Of a stretch of 64,000 nt of DNA, positions 23,286 through 37,428 are shown in pieces. The DNA lies in contig CDRNST010000057.1 in assembly GCA_977016875.1 (NCBI GenBank), positions 2,294,001 through 2,358,000 on the forward strand, given 5' to 3'. The first letter of the stretch is position 1. Each line of letters begins with the position of its first letter. Source of the DNA: Pavona decussata (Eukaryota). Both the position numbers and the translations under genes were made by a program. The notes below the pieces were generated by a model, which worked only from the letters and a program-made list of their open reading frames with translations, made no database searches and was not told the origin of the DNA.

Positions 23286-24279
23286 TGCGCCGATCAACTC
23301 GAAACTTCAACATCCCCCCCCCGGGCAAACCCCGGGCATTTGAACTTTTGAAGATTGGATCGTTCAAATTCCCGCCCCCTCGGGCCAAAATGGTGTTCAA
23401 ATGCCCCTCCTAAAGAACAATCGTTGTCGGCTCCTGTCCTGAGTTACTACAAAAACCACAACTTTAACATTGAAACTAATGATTGGAAATTGAATTTGTT
23501 AAGTCGGACAATGTCAATCAGCAAGCGTAAGCTGCTCTGACTCTGAAACACGGCGAAGGTTGTTTAACGAGAAATACATAATAACATATTTAAAATGAGT
23601 TAGCCGGCTACGTAGACTGTTCGAGTAGCAGGGTATTCTGCAGTTTAAGCCAAAGTAGCGGTTTTTCATTCGACAATGTTTTTTTTTTCTTTAACTGTTC
23701 ACTGCAGTTTTATGGCTATTCTAAAAACCTCTGCAGACACAAATGCGGGAGAAAGGTGCAGCTTGACTGATTGCATAAAAAACTACATCGTTTAAAGAAC
23801 TAGAAATACATATTAATTAGTTAGCCGGCTACGTAGAATGCTGTTCGAGTGGCAGGATATTCTGCAACTTAAGCCAAAGCGGTTTTTCATTCGACAGTGT
23901 TTATTTCTTTCACTATTCATTGCAGGACAAAGCCGCAGCTTGACTCATTGTATAAAAAATCTACATCGTTTATATACAATCTATAAAAACAAATTAATAT
24001 TTAAACATCTCACTTTTGAAGACCTTTTTTTGTAACATTTTTTTGTAATGCTGTATCTCTTCCTTTAAACTCCTCCATCTCGTCCAAACACGTATTTATA
24101 GCTGTTAGCGACTTCGCCCCCCCCCCCCCCCAAAGCGATTTGAAACCTGACACTTCCGGTTCAATTTTCCCCACCCCACCCGGGCAAGGTCAAATTCCCC
24201 ACCCCCGGGCACAGAGACTAGTCAAATGCCCGGGGTTTGCCCGGGGGGGGGATGTTGAAGTTTCGATTTGATCGGCGCA
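23286..24279. mobile_element. Non-autonomous DNA transposon with about 55-bp TIRs and TAA TSD (PIF/Harbinger-like)
   Basis: TGCGCCGATCAA.TCGAAACTTCAACATCCCCCCCCGGGCAAACCCCGGGCATTTGA at both ends in inverted orientation. TAA sits at 23283-23285 and 24280-24282. There is an internal diverged duplication at about 23598-23790 and 23819-23972. Confidence 0.85.
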
Positions 24280-25878
24280 TAACGGAAATTTTCCCGTTAA
24301 ACTTTTAGTATTATCTGTATTCGTCCAGATAAACTTAATTACGGCTGGATGAGAGTCCCATAAGCGGGTTGGAGAGGTGCCCACACTCTGTCATTAGGTT
24401 TTTCGGAGGGCGAGGTAGCTAGCGAAACGACCTCCCTCTAGCTATATAGACTTATAATAATATTATTGTATCTCCCCTGATTAGGTAGAAGGCGTGATAC
24501 TCCCGATCCCCTTCCGAGCGCGCCAATGTATAACAACTAGTAGTAATCAAAGATTAAAGAGTGCGTTCGACAGCCCTAAGTTGTGCGATTGCTGCGTGAC
24601 TTTTTTTAGGTAGCTCTTTCGTCCTTTTATATCTGTACGTAATGTGTAACTACCAAGGTGAAATATTTGCAATAAACGAAGCTGAGTTTTAAAAATTTCA
24701 GCGGCTACGTTGCTGAACTTTAAAAAAAAAAAATAGAAAGTATTTTCGGTCCGCCTGTTGCGTGACACCGTCGAACTTTAAAATAATGCACATCATTTTC
24801 GGTATAACGCTTATAATCTTTGAGAAAAACGAAACTTACAGGCCAGCATACGTATACTATTTTGGTCTTCTACTCAAAAGGTATTTTACCAAAATGCCGC
24901 GAAACTTTATACGCGACTATAAAGCCGTAAAAATGTCGAACTGAAGCGAGCTAATTTGCATACAGTTTTGAAAGACATCTCAGGGCCAAGGTTTATATTC
25001 AAAGAGCGGATAACTCTATCCAGTGGATAAAATGTTCTCCAACCAATAGCTTTTATCCGCTGGATAGCGAATGATCCGCTGGATAAAATAATCCGCTCTT
25101 TAAACAACCGGGGCCTGATGTCAGTTTCTGATGTGTGCATATTTTCAGATATTTTTGTATTTTGATTTTATACTAACGTAATACGTGACTCGCAAAACCT
25201 CGCGAACCTGGGCTGGGTGAAAAGCCCTCTTTACCCGTATTGTAGCATCAAATGAGGAGATTAAAAGGTTTCTGAACATAGCAACGATTTTGATGAGCAT
25301 GGTCTTGTCGTAGTTCCACAGGCTAGTTTGCGGTTGAAATCTATTTCTGACACGACGAAATGTACAACAGGCGGCGTGCAGCGCTGTCGTGTTCGATGAA
25401 TTATTTCCCACGGAAAATTTTTTTACCGCGGCCACAAAACGTGTAATTTCTTCAATGCAATCTTTCACAAAAAAGATTTCTGGAAGAAAGGGAAAAGATT
25501 CTGTAGGGATATTTCCATCCAGTGAATATTGATGAACATTGCAGTTGAAATGTGATCCCGTACACTGAATGTAAAACTTTCCCGATGTATGCAAATTTAG
25601 TCAATAGCGCGAAACTCTTATACGAAAACGAAACTAAAAAGATGGCTCCAGCACGAAAACGAGGTCAGATGTCGTCATAAGTTCGCACCAGTTTCCCGGC
25701 CGACACATGCCCCTGCAAAACTCAAGCGGGGGCGCCATTTGGGTGTCCTTACAGCAATCTCGAAAAATTCTGTATAGCCGTACACAGGCACACCATCTCG
25801 AAAGACACAGGACGCTAAACCGAAATTAGGCTTGCGTTCTCCTTCGTCGAACGCAAAAATGACTGGGTTTCGATCTCG

Positions 25879-25886
25879 TGACGTCA
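25879..25886. promoter_or_regulatory. CRE/ATF palindrome TGACGTCA next to the FKBP4 start (AAAATGGCG context)
   Basis: Perfect TGACGTCA in a CpG-rich region shared by the divergent MINPP1 and FKBP4 genes. Function is untested. Confidence 0.4.
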
Positions 25887-25904
25887 TCGGACGCGTTTCT
25901 CAAA

Positions 25905-28900
25905 ATGGCGGCAGAAAGCGAAACTGTTATGGATGTTGAAAACGACTTGGAAAATTATGGAGAAGATATTACGTTGGCGAAGGATGGCGGCGTGAGGAAA
26001 ATCATAAAGATAGAAGGCAAAGCCGGGGACAATCCTCCTATTGGAAGCAAAGCAAGAGTTTATTATTCGGGAAAATTCTTGGACGGAGGCGAATTTGACT
26101 CCAATGTTGGGAGGAAAGAACCTTTTGAATTTGAAGTTGGGAAAGGTAGCGTTTTGTTGAAAAAAAACGAGAATGTTTTTATTTAAGCTTAGATATACAT
26201 AATTTGATGTGATAGACGGTGATTGGTAATGCTTACATGACCTAAAGAGCATTAATTGTAAGACTACCGGGCCCACTTCTGGGCTGTCAACCACGTCTTC
26301 AAATATGGAGAACATGACTTCACCGGCAAATCGCCGTACAGAGGCGTCGCATCAAGGTCAAATTCACGGGTTCAATGGTGGGGGAGGGGGGGGGGGGTGG
26401 GGAAGGAAGGCAACGTACATTAACCAGTAAAAAAAAAAACTACTAAACATGACAGCTTTTCTTGTAACAGAGTCTAGCATACGACAAATGTCAAACTTCG
26501 TCAATTATCCGGGAGATTACAGACGTAAATCTGGAGAAATCTGGAGACCAGAAGATATGCCTCAAAATCTGGAGATTACAGACTTAAATCTGGGCACCGG
26601 GAGATACGGTTCGAAATCTGGAGACTCCCAGATTATCCGGGAGAGTTGACAGCCCTGCCACTTGACAGCCAACTTAAACCTGCTCCCGCATTCCCACAGT
26701 CATCAAACATCAGCAAGCTTAGGATAAAGACGTAACTTAGCAATACGGAGACACCAAAACAAACTACCAACTGGCCAATATGACTATTCCTTGTTCTTTA
26801 AGCATTGTTACCATGGTATAATTACAGTGAACTCCCCCTTATTGCGGACACCCTTGGGATGCTATTAGGCTAAAGACACTAACTCGCGGTAAATATTTTC
26901 AGTCAAATGTCTGTAATTTATTTTTGCGAGGGATTTAGCTGCTGTCCATACAGTATTATCAGGGTTTCTGTAATGGTGAGGTGTCCACAAGGTGAGGCAG
27001 ACAAAGTGCCCTTAATCTTAATTATTCATCGACTTCAGTACTGCCAGAACATTAGTCTAACACACTCAATCTAAATTATTCATTGATTGTGGGACTGCGG
27101 GAGCACTAGTCTTACATACTCAAGCTTAATTATTCATTGGCTACAGGACTGCGGGAATGCCAGCTTTTATACTCACTTAATATTTTTTTAACAACTAAGG
27201 GAGTGCTATTTTATTTCAACTCTGAAATTAAATATTTGACACTTCAAGACTGCAGAGTTGATTTGTGCTGTTTTAAGTGGGCGCAGTATTTTGAAATTAC
27301 TCTGTGACTGGAGCAATGCAAATTCAAAATGCAATAAGTAATTCTCCAACATAATTGAAGATTGGGCTCTAAAAACATCCAGAGTGACTTTTTAGGTGGT
27401 TTTTCTTTATTTTCTTGAAGGTAACTGAATTTTTGTAAGCAAACTTCAATTTTTTTCTGCTGGTTGACAGTACCTGACATTTTCCATTTGGCCCTCAATT
27501 CACTTAAAAACCATTGGCACGGTGTTTCTCTTATCGCTGTTTTGCACTTTATGAGAAAAACAAAGTCAAAATGTCAAAGTAGCAACAGATGCAATGAAGC
27601 AACATGGAAGCCTTATGAAGCAAACAAATCACAGAAGTTACAGATAAAAGTATAGCTGCCATCGATTAAGATAAGGAAGAATGCTGATCTCTAATCAGTA
27701 TATACTTTACAATGTATATAACTCTTGCATGACTTCTTTAGGTCTTGTGATACAGGGATGGGATATTGCTGTTCCATCAATGACAACTGGTGAGATTAGC
27801 CTCTTCACCATTAAGCCAGATTACGCCTATGGAAAAGAAGGAAGTGGTACTAAAATTCCGCCAGATGCCACTCTTCAGTTTGAAATCGAACTTGTTCAAT
27901 GGAAGGGAGAAGATGTGACAAAAGATGGACAGGTGACTAAGATCATTCTAGAAAAAGGTGAAGGTTATGAAAAGCCAAATACTGGGGCTGCATGTGAAGG
28001 TAATAACACCATTTTTTATTTTTTAATTAAGTGAAGTTTTTTTATGAACTAGTCCAGTCGTGGCCCCTCTGCTGTCATGCAACTCAGGGAGTTTCGTGAC
28101 AGCAGAGGAGCCAGGACTGGACTATCTTATGAAACTGGCAGTCCATTTCTTGAAAGTCCCAATAACTTGCTGAGACAATCATTATGTTTTCAAAACTGTT
28201 TATTCAATCGAAGGGCTCAGTGCATAACCGGCTTATGTTGAATTACAGATGGCTTTCTGTTGTTTTAGCTCAGATTCACCAGAGTTTTTGCATTTGGCCT
28301 TGAATTCCTTCAGGAAACGTTGCTTCAATGTTGTGTCCACTGCTTTGTGTTTTATTTGCAATTAAAACCTATGATTATGGGAAAGATTTCAGTTTTTATC
28401 ACAAAATAATGCACAAAGCAGCGGATAAAACATTGGAAATAACAGTCAGTCATCAGACTTTGTCTGACCATATTATTAAAATTAATTATCAATCATGTAT
28501 ATTAAATAAAGGATGATTGATTGATTGATTGATTGATCAATTGATTGACTTATATTACATTTTTCGTCGACAGTGTCCATGCAGAACAATTAGTTTGCTG
28601 TAAAACACTCTAACTCAACTTAATTTGCTTGAGTAAAAGTTGCATTGCAAAACCTTCGATGCTTCGTCTATGCAAATGGGTGTACAGCTGCACAGCAATA
28701 ATCTAAGATGGCAAATGTCAACAATTTTAAAAAATGTTTCTCCAATCAAAATAAACATTATTTTGGAAAGACCCATGTGCTACTAAGCAACAAAAATACT
28801 TCCAGTACTGTAAGAAATAGTTTCCTCTCTCAATCACCATGTAATATTTATTGTAATAAGTAAAGGCTGCTTATGGAGTAAAGGAGTTTTGTCATCAATA

Positions 28901-31900
28901 TGATAGTGAGAGTAACATTCCACCAGAACTGACAAAACACACCGGTAAACTTTCTAAACTCACAAAATTAATATGGTTTGTTTTAACATGTAGCTCACAT
29001 TGTTGGACAGTATAATGGCAAAGTGTTTGAAAACCGTGAAGTATCTTTCCTAATGCGAGAAGGTAACATTCCACTTTAATGATTGTTTTTGTCCTCGTTG
29101 TCTACAAATGTAGTCATGAGATTGGTACTGTATAACATACGTTGGTATAACCAGATGTTTGGTTTTATTAAAAGACTTGATAAAGTAATTTGGCCACTAT
29201 AAAGAGATTCCAGTGCTGAAGTTTCAAGTGTTAGCCCTTAGTGTGAGTGAATCTCGAAGGATGAGCTATCTTTATGGAGGACCAACACTCAAAAATTATG
29301 TCAGCGCTCGAGTCTCTTTTCGGTGGCCAAATCACCTTTTCAACTCTGTTGATAAAACCAAACATTTGATTCCACTCCTCCTGGTATCAATGCAGCGCCG
29401 CAGTTTCTTTAAACTCATCAACAATAAATGAGCACGGGGAAGGAGGTATCCATGGAAACCCTGCAAGCAGCCACCACCAAAGGCACTGTCACACTGAACC
29501 TAGTCAGTGGTATACTTACCAAACCCGGTACTTAACAAAGGGAGGGTGGAGAGGGAAAAAGGCTTGAAAATAAAGCAAGCAAAATGACCTTACTCACAGG
29601 CCAGCAAGCAAGTCAATGCAAAGCAAACCATGAGGCCTCCCCAGCAGAGAGCTTAAAGGTTGCCCCTGAGCCGTATACAGAGGCGACTGCTGACTGGCAT
29701 TGCCTCAAGTTTTAGCCTTGCCTAAATTACATCCAGCCACATTTAAGAACTAACCCTCCCATCTATATGTTGGTATGATAAACTGAATTCACTTGGTCAA
29801 ATTTTATAGGCAGCACAGGCACAGATGTTGATCATTTTCTTGTTTAACTTTAGGATCAGAACAGGGTCTCCTTCCTGGCTTAGAGGAAGCCATGTTAAAG
29901 ATGACCAATGGAGAAAAAGCACATGTCTGGATACACCCGGGAAGATGGAGATTTTTCAAGGGAGGAAAACCTGAGTTTGACGTACCAGAAGAGGCCATAT
30001 TAGAATACGTTATACACCTGAAGAAGTTTGAAAACGTGAGTTTTTTTCAATTTATTCATCCTGAGCATGAGTTGATACGGGTGTTGAGTTTCAGCATGCT
30101 GGTAAGTAGTGTTCCTTAAACTCTGTAAGGTGAGTTTGTGTCAACCATTTCATCCTAAGCTGGAGTTGATGAAAGCAAGGTTTCATCTAAGTTTTAGCAT
30201 GTTGTTAAGTTTTGAATCAGTGTCAGCTAATTTGGCCTAAGCTTGAGTTGATGCATTCAAACTTGAGTAGCTGTTTCTGTGGTTTCTGTTGAAACTAAAT
30301 TGTATGAAAAACCAAACAAACTCAATCAGTAAAATGGAACAATCAGATAAATGACAATTTAGTTAAAAGATGTTAAACAAGCACAAGTTCAGATTTGAGT
30401 TTGATTACCAAGTGTTTGGTAATAGGCCTTATCACGGTTTTCAACGCCATTTTGACGAGTAGGCTAACAGGCTTGAAATAACTGTGTTTGTATGAAAATC
30501 CGATGTCAAATAATTTTCATAAAACATCGCTTCTGAAAAATTCATGAATTGGAAACTTTTGGCACTAGGAAAAGGATTTTAAGAAAAAAATTGGAGGGAT
30601 GTAGCTGTGCCAGAAAGCGTCCAGTCGTGTTTTAAACTTTCCATGCATTTGTCTGTATAGCAAACCAGCCATGAACTGCTACTAAAAATAGTTCGCAGGG
30701 AAAAATACAGGGAAATGTATGGAAAATTCAAAACACAACTTGACGCTTTCTGGCACATTTAAAAAAAAGTCAATGTCCTAATTATTAACGTTGCAAATGT
30801 TAAGAATGCTCCTTAACATGAACTTAAACTTGACTTGAACTTGACTTAAACTTGGCTTGAAGAAAAATGTGTTAATTTTCTCATTGGTAACTAGTGGGCA
30901 TTTTAAAATCACTAATTAATTTCACCTTTGATGCAATGTCACAGTAAATATTTAATTTGTGAGCCCATAACCTGTATAATTAAACCATCATCTGACCGTA
31001 TTTAAGGCTAAAGAAAACTGGGAGTTGAGTAACGACGAGAAGATCACACTAGCAGCATCAACAAAGGAGAAAGGAACAAAATACTTCAAGGTGAGAAGAT
31101 TTGTTACTAATAACACTAGAAGTGAACTTATTGTCAACAATGATTATCGCAGTTGTTGCCTTTTATCCTTTTCGCTTATGGCGACACGACAATAAGAAAT
31201 TCAACTTAATTCTACAGAATAGAGTCGAGTGTCCACATTGGAGAGTGGGTTACTATGCCAGAATACAGAAAATATCAGATTTAGGAATTGAACACCAGGA
31301 ATATTTCTAAAGCTCTTAAACTGTTGTGAGTGAAAATCAGTTAGATGCAAGATGAATAAAGTGCAAGCTAAGGGGTAATAGTACAAAAGTCATGGTGTAC
31401 AATTCACAGTTAGGGTGACATTTTTAAACACAGCATTTGAAAAGATGAGGCCTATTTTAAATAATGAATGAATGAATGTGAAGTTTAATTGTAGAAATCT
31501 TCTTTAAACTCAAGGGAATAACAGTTTGAATTTGACAGTATTAACAGTAAATTATGTCTTGACCAGTGGGCTACATCTGCCCACACTCCACTCATTTCTT
31601 AAGTTTTTAAAGACCGAATCAAAATGTCCTCATTTTTAACTTGTGAATGCGAGCATACACAATAAACAAGTTATCGTAATGTGGGCAATTGTCGCTGGAT
31701 TGATCACTCGATCTTTCTATTAATTTAATCGTAATTTAATCAAAATTATAAATCATTCATGAGGCTATCTATAGTGCATGTATTCACCATCAGCCACCAT
31801 TATGGAACAAAAAACACGGACGTAAAATCAACTCAACAAAAAACTTATCCTTAAAAGAAAACAGGTAGTAGGTGTGTTGTCTGCTAACTGCTTCCAGTGA

Positions 31901-34900
31901 CTGAAACTAAGGGGCAACTTTCCTTTCAGGACAGATATTTTCCAAACTGGATGTTTTTTTTTTTTTTGTCGATTGGCAACCATGTAAAACCACCAAAAGA
32001 ACTCACACCTCCATGTTTACGTTGTTTCCAGTAACGAAATGAATCAGAGTGCGTGTGTAATTTAATTGTTTTGCATGTTAAGTAAATAACTTTTCACATA
32101 ATGCATTCCTGCAATGCGGCATGGCGTCCACGAATCCTTGTAGCTTGGTTTGAGGCGAGTACTGCTTTACGGTTACCACAATTCACTTCAGCATTCACGA
32201 GTTGGCTCACAGGAGCCTTTGATTCAGATTCACACAGTCATTGTGTCATCTATGACAATAAACAAGTGTCATTCTTTTGCACAGGAAGGAAAATATTCCA
32301 TAGCACTTCAGCAGTACCTGAGAGTTGTCCGTTTGTTAGATGGTTATTTCAACAAGGAAGAGAAGGAGAAGCGAGACCCACTGTTGCTAGTTGGCCACCT
32401 TAATCTGGCAGCCTGTCATCTGAAGCTTAATAACAACTTCAAGTGCATTAAAGAGTGCGAGAAGGTAAATGTTTCCCCCACTGTGGTGCATCGTTTTGTG
32501 TATTAAAATGACCTAAAATGGTTTGACGCCTTTGTCATATCATCTTTGCAGGCTCTTGAACTGGATAAACAGAGTGTAAAGGCACTCTTCAGGAGAGGAA
32601 AGGTAAGCCATTTTATTTAAAACACCATGGAATATTAGTAAATAAATAGAGAACCAATTTCACGGATTTCAGGATTTCATTTACGGACCCAAAAGTTAGT
32701 ACCACCTTGAACAGCATAATAAACAGTACCACAGGAAAATATTGCTCATAATTAGCTTTTCTTTTCATCATTACAACCAGTTATACAAATTGTTATACAA
32801 CATTTTACAATATGTCAAAATTCCGGCATGCTGATTGGCTCATAGCTATAATCTATAAGAGTACAGACAATTAAAATGACATCAGATGTAACAGGTGTGC
32901 TTTCTCACCTGAAAATAAAGCCAATAGACCCTTCTCCAAAATGGCGGCAACAGATTTGAATGAGTTAAAATGGAACTGAATGAAAAACTGATACCAGCAC
33001 TGGAAAGAGCACCTTTACATTAGAAACCTTGCAAAGTTTCAGCGTATTTGGTGCTATATCAGCTTTGGAAATGTAAGATGAAATTTGACAAATTTACAGA
33101 CGTTTGTATGACTGGGGGTATACGTCATACCCCCAGTCATACAAAGTGAAACGTCTGTAAATTTTTCATTTTTCAGCTTACATTTTCTCAGCTGATATTA
33201 CACCTGATATGCTGAAACTTTGCAGGGTTACTTTAAAGTGCTCTTTCTTGTGCTGGTATATGTTTGTAATTTTAACTTATTTGAATTTTTGGCTGCCATT
33301 TTGGAGAAGGGTCTATTCTGCTTGTGTTTTTTCCATGCTATTGTAAAAAAAAAAACACAAGTACCACTTAGTAGCTTTAACTTGAATGGTTAAACACCTA
33401 GAACCACCTTGTACAGGATAATAAACTCCACCATGGACAAATACTTGCTCCATAGCTTTCATTTGAATGGTCACTCCACTTGAAGGTTTTCTCCACTGAA
33501 TCAAATGTTAGGGAGATTGATGAAGCCTTTCATTCTGGGGCATAGTGGTGTTGTGGTTAAACCCCAGCTGTGATGAGCAGCTGATTTCTCTTTAGAATTT
33601 CACTGCTTAAGCAACATGAAGGTAATAAGAATAAAAGAGTTGATCACTAAAAAAAAAACAGAAACATATCAACATGAAGAACAGTAAGACAAAATGTGCA
33701 TGTTGCCAAAATCAAACTGACGATTTCCTGAACAAACAAACACTCCTTTGTCTTCACTGTTTCTCTCCACCCAAAGGTTAAGAACTGGCAAATCATTACT
33801 AAAGTTTCACAAAATGGTTCCATGATTGTCTTTGTAACTAAGAAGCAACTTAAGGTTTTATGGCATAGAAGTCATTTCTCCTGATTCCTTTCTTTATTTT
33901 TTTTGCCAGGGCAGACTTGCTGTTAATGAACTGGAGATGGCAAAGGCAGATTTTGAACATGTGCTAAAAATTGACCCAAGCAACAGAGAAGCACAACAAC
34001 AGCTGCACTTGGTAAATAAGAAAATCAAACAGCATGCAGCTAAGGAAAAGACTGTATATGGTGAGCTGATTACATTGCATTTTGATCGATTTTTTGAATT
34101 ATGTTGTAACTTTCACCCAAACTCCTCTAATTGAAAGCTCTCGTACGCGACCTTAGCCACTTTGGGTAAATACCAAGAGGTTTTTTTTTGCTCTATTTGT
34201 TACCTCTTTTTAAGCGACCACTCAAAGAGTTTGATGTGCTGTTGGTAGAATTCAACACTTCTCGTCTCGATCTCAAACAATCATCTATTAAGAACTGTTT
34301 CCCGAGGTCCTAGAGTCAAAATTTCCACCTTACATTTGTATTTTATATACAGTGAACGGATATACTGAAGTCATACTCATTATTACTCTAGTAGCACATC
34401 AACACATTCTTTGATAATTGTTGCACAGTTTGTACTACACATACATGACACATTGCAATCATCTGGATAAACTCTTTGAAGGTTTTAATCTCAGTAGATG
34501 CGACCAGCCTCTATTGTTTCAATCATTGGTCACTTACGAGAGCTTTTTCTCTTTAGCGACCAGCTCTAGTTACGACCACTTTTTCAAATTCCTGAGGTGG
34601 TCGCTTACGAGAGCTTTGACTGTAACTTAAAAATAAATGTTTGACTTTCAGTCAGAAGAATTAACATTGAGATCATAGGAGTGAAAGGGTTAAAATCAGC
34701 TTGTTTCATGCACAGCAAACTTCACAGCAGGAAGTGAAGAGAGTTTATAGGTTTTCCCTTTTGGCTTCTTATTCCAGGGTCTGTGATGTAGTTACATGTA
34801 TCACCACAAACCTAACCTTGAAGCCAACAGTAACAAGCTCTGAAATGGTTAGCTTACTGGATATTACTCATGTCCTGAAAGCTTCTAGTTCAGAGCTACA

Positions 34901-36064
34901 GTATTTCTAAATGGTGTTATGGTGGCATGGGTGTGGTTCCAATACTCGGTTTGTTGTTGGCTCTGGTCCTTGCTCTTTTTCAATCTCTGGTTTAAGGCGG
35001 GTTAACAACTGCATTCATTGCCCCAGTAGTGATCAGCATCCAATTTCTCCTTATCTTATCACTACTTGATCAAACATATGGGTCAGGAGAATACAGGGAA
35101 TGATCATCAACGATAAAATATCTTGATGTTTAAATATATATTATGTAATGTTTAGAAAATGAGCAGGAGTGTTTTATCGGGTTTAAAATCACGAGGCGCA
35201 GCTGAGTGGTTTTGGACCCGATAAAACACGTGCTGCGAGGTTCTTGAACGGCTTCAAAAACATCCCTGGAAAAGTGTGTGTCAAGAGAGTTCATAACAAT
35301 TATGCTTTTGTGAACGTTGGAAATTAGCATACGAGAAAAACACCGCATAGTAATGAGAAGTGTTTTATCAGCGGATAAAACACCGCATACTAATACGGAA
35401 GAGGTTAATTATTGATATAAAGTCATTACAGGTGATGTATTATCGGCCATTTGATAGGTCAATGGGCTTATGAATTTATTTTATTTATTTATTTTATTTT
35501 ATTTTATTTATTTTATTTATTATTTATTTTATTTCATTTTATTTTTATTTTATTTTTATTTAAAACACCGCATACTAATAAGGAAGAGGTTAATTATTGA
35601 TATAAAGTCATTACAGGTGATGTATTATCGGCCATTTGATAGGTCAATGGGCTTATGAATTATTAATGAGTTTTTGAAGTGCATGTATGGTATAGTCACA
35701 GAACATCTCCGCAATAACAAAAGCAGGCACCGTCCTTAAGCCCAAAGATCAGCAGGCAGATTCTCCTTACATTTCAACACATATTTCTTTAAATGGTTCT
35801 TGTTGGAAGAATTTGTTTTAGGAACATTTTGTCGCTTTTGCAGCTAACATGTTCGAACGTCTTGCGCGCCAAGAGGAACAACAAGCCTCACAGGAACAAC
35901 GGCCCGACGTCTTCAAGGAAGCCACGGAACAAGAAAAACAACTCCAGGCTGAAACAAACTCACTTCCAGTGAACGACCAAGTGACGTCATCAACGGAAGT
36001 AAACGGCCAAGGAAACGCGGATGTGGAAATGCAGGAAGACGATAAAGGAGGCGTGACATGCTGA
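25905..36064 (+). CDS. FKBP4: FK506-binding protein 4/5-like immunophilin (two FKBP domains plus TPR), about 478 aa, 9 exons
   Basis: Exons 25905-26145, 27742-27999, 28994-29062, 29854-30035, 31007-31090, 32285-32464, 32552-32602, 33910-34060 and 35844-36064 join in frame (1437 nt). Motifs: DGGVRKII, VIQGWDIAV..M..GE, YAYGKEGS..KIPPDATLQFEIEL, KEKGTKYFKEGKY, HLNLAACHLKL, KALFRRG, VYANMFERLA. Confidence 0.93.
29156..29366. mobile_element. Head-to-head pair of decayed Penelope-type pLTR / hammerhead remnants in an FKBP4 intron
   Basis: Inverted arms ATGTTTGGTTTTATT...TTTGGCCAC..AAAGAGA and TCTCTTT..GTGGCCAAA...GATAAAACCAAACAT. The minus arm keeps AGGGCTAACACTTGAAACTTCAGC, which resembles the AGGGCTAA...GAAACGTC of the 23161 ribozyme. 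Confidence 0.6.
32925..33317. mobile_element. Foldback MITE with long imperfect TIRs
   Basis: AATAGACCCTTCTCCAAAATGGC.GC at the left end and GC.GCCATTTTGGAGAAGGGTCTATT at the right. Internal segments are also inverted. Confidence 0.75.
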
Positions 36065-36741
36065 CATCCGGCTGATCACTTTAAAGTTTAGTGACTAATA
36101 GTCGGTCGGTATCGAAAGTATTTAATCCACAGAAACGTCAGTGGTGAAGTTAAATTCAGTTTTCGTGTTGTTCGGAGGATTTTTCATTCCATGTCAGCCA
36201 GGCTGGTACGTTGCATGACGCAATCGTGACCCCCCGTGACTCACGCTCAACGGTTTTCTATAGCCACTGACTGCAGTCACCTCTGTCAGCATTTATGCCA
36301 ATCTTTACTTTGCCGGGTAGCGTTTTGTAATAAAACTATTGCATTTAGTCTATTTCTGTATTTTTGATAGTCTTGTGATGTTATAGTTCGAATTCTTTGT
36401 TTGTATATGGAAACAATAAGAGTTTATAGATCCTCATCCTAGGCGCTAGCATCAAATGCATTGTCTTTAACTGAACTTCGAGTTCGCTTCCTTTAGTTTT
36501 GCTTAACCACAAACATAAATTGTACAGGAAGATTAACAAATGGTAAATAAATTCAGTTATGAAAAACACTTGCCCTCTTTGGGGGACTCGTTCGTGTCAA
36601 TTTTTGTCTTCCATTGACTTGTTTCTGGCGTTCCTCACCATGCCCTGTCCTTGACTATTATTTGCAGTCTTTCCCTCCAAATTCGTTCCCAGGAGACGGG
36701 ACGAGGAGAGACCCTGGGAACGAGTTTGTTTTCTCTCACCT

Positions 36742-36960
36742 GGGCCCCGTTTCTCGAAAGTCCCGTTAACTTACCGGGCCCGATAAGTGTCTGGTGATAA
36801 ATGGTCTTCACAGAAGTCAATTTTTGTAAGCTTTGAATACTAAATTTTAAAATCTTATAATTCTATGAAAACATTGGCGAAGTACCATGAGTGTAATCAC
36901 TGTGTAATAGGCGAAAAAAAAATGCCGGTAAGATACCGGGACTTTCGAGAAACGGGCCCC
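36742..36960. mobile_element. Harbinger-like MITE
   Basis: TIRs GGG.CCCGTTTCTCGAAAGTCCCG and CGGGACTTTCGAGAAACGGGCCCC. Confidence 0.75.
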
Positions 36961-37428
36961 CGGTACGCTGTAAAGCTGGAGGTTATGTTCACGCGTACAC
37001 GCGCGAAGGTAGAGTTTCAGCGGTCCGGGGAACGGGCGTGGGGGGATGGGACTCACATTTGTCAAGGCGGTGATGCTGGTCTGAAAATTTGAATCGAAGA
37101 CAAATCGGGGCGTGGCTCAAGCTTAAAATGACCCCCAAAAGACCATTCTACTAAGACAGACTTGCCGAGATAATTCAACTCAGGTCAGAAGTTTTTTCTC
37201 AACATTTTCTTACCAGGACAATGCTCAGTAAAACAAGAAGAAACTTAAAAGATTTCATGCCTATAGTCGGTCAAAAGGAGTCAAAACTAAACATGGCGTT
37301 AATTACATCCCCGCTAAAATTGGATTTTCGCTTTCGATATTAACTACAGAATACCCCGCGACTGTGAAGCTCTTCTCCCAGAAATAGTGGCTACGCTCAG
37401 TGGCGGGGTATGTCTGCAGTTACTCTAA

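Noticed and set aside
25145-25594. 149-aa minus-strand ORF in the MINPP1/FKBP4 divergent promoter
   Set aside because: It starts at a non-ATG codon, has no recognisable domain and has no convincing splice partners. It cannot be supported without a homology search.
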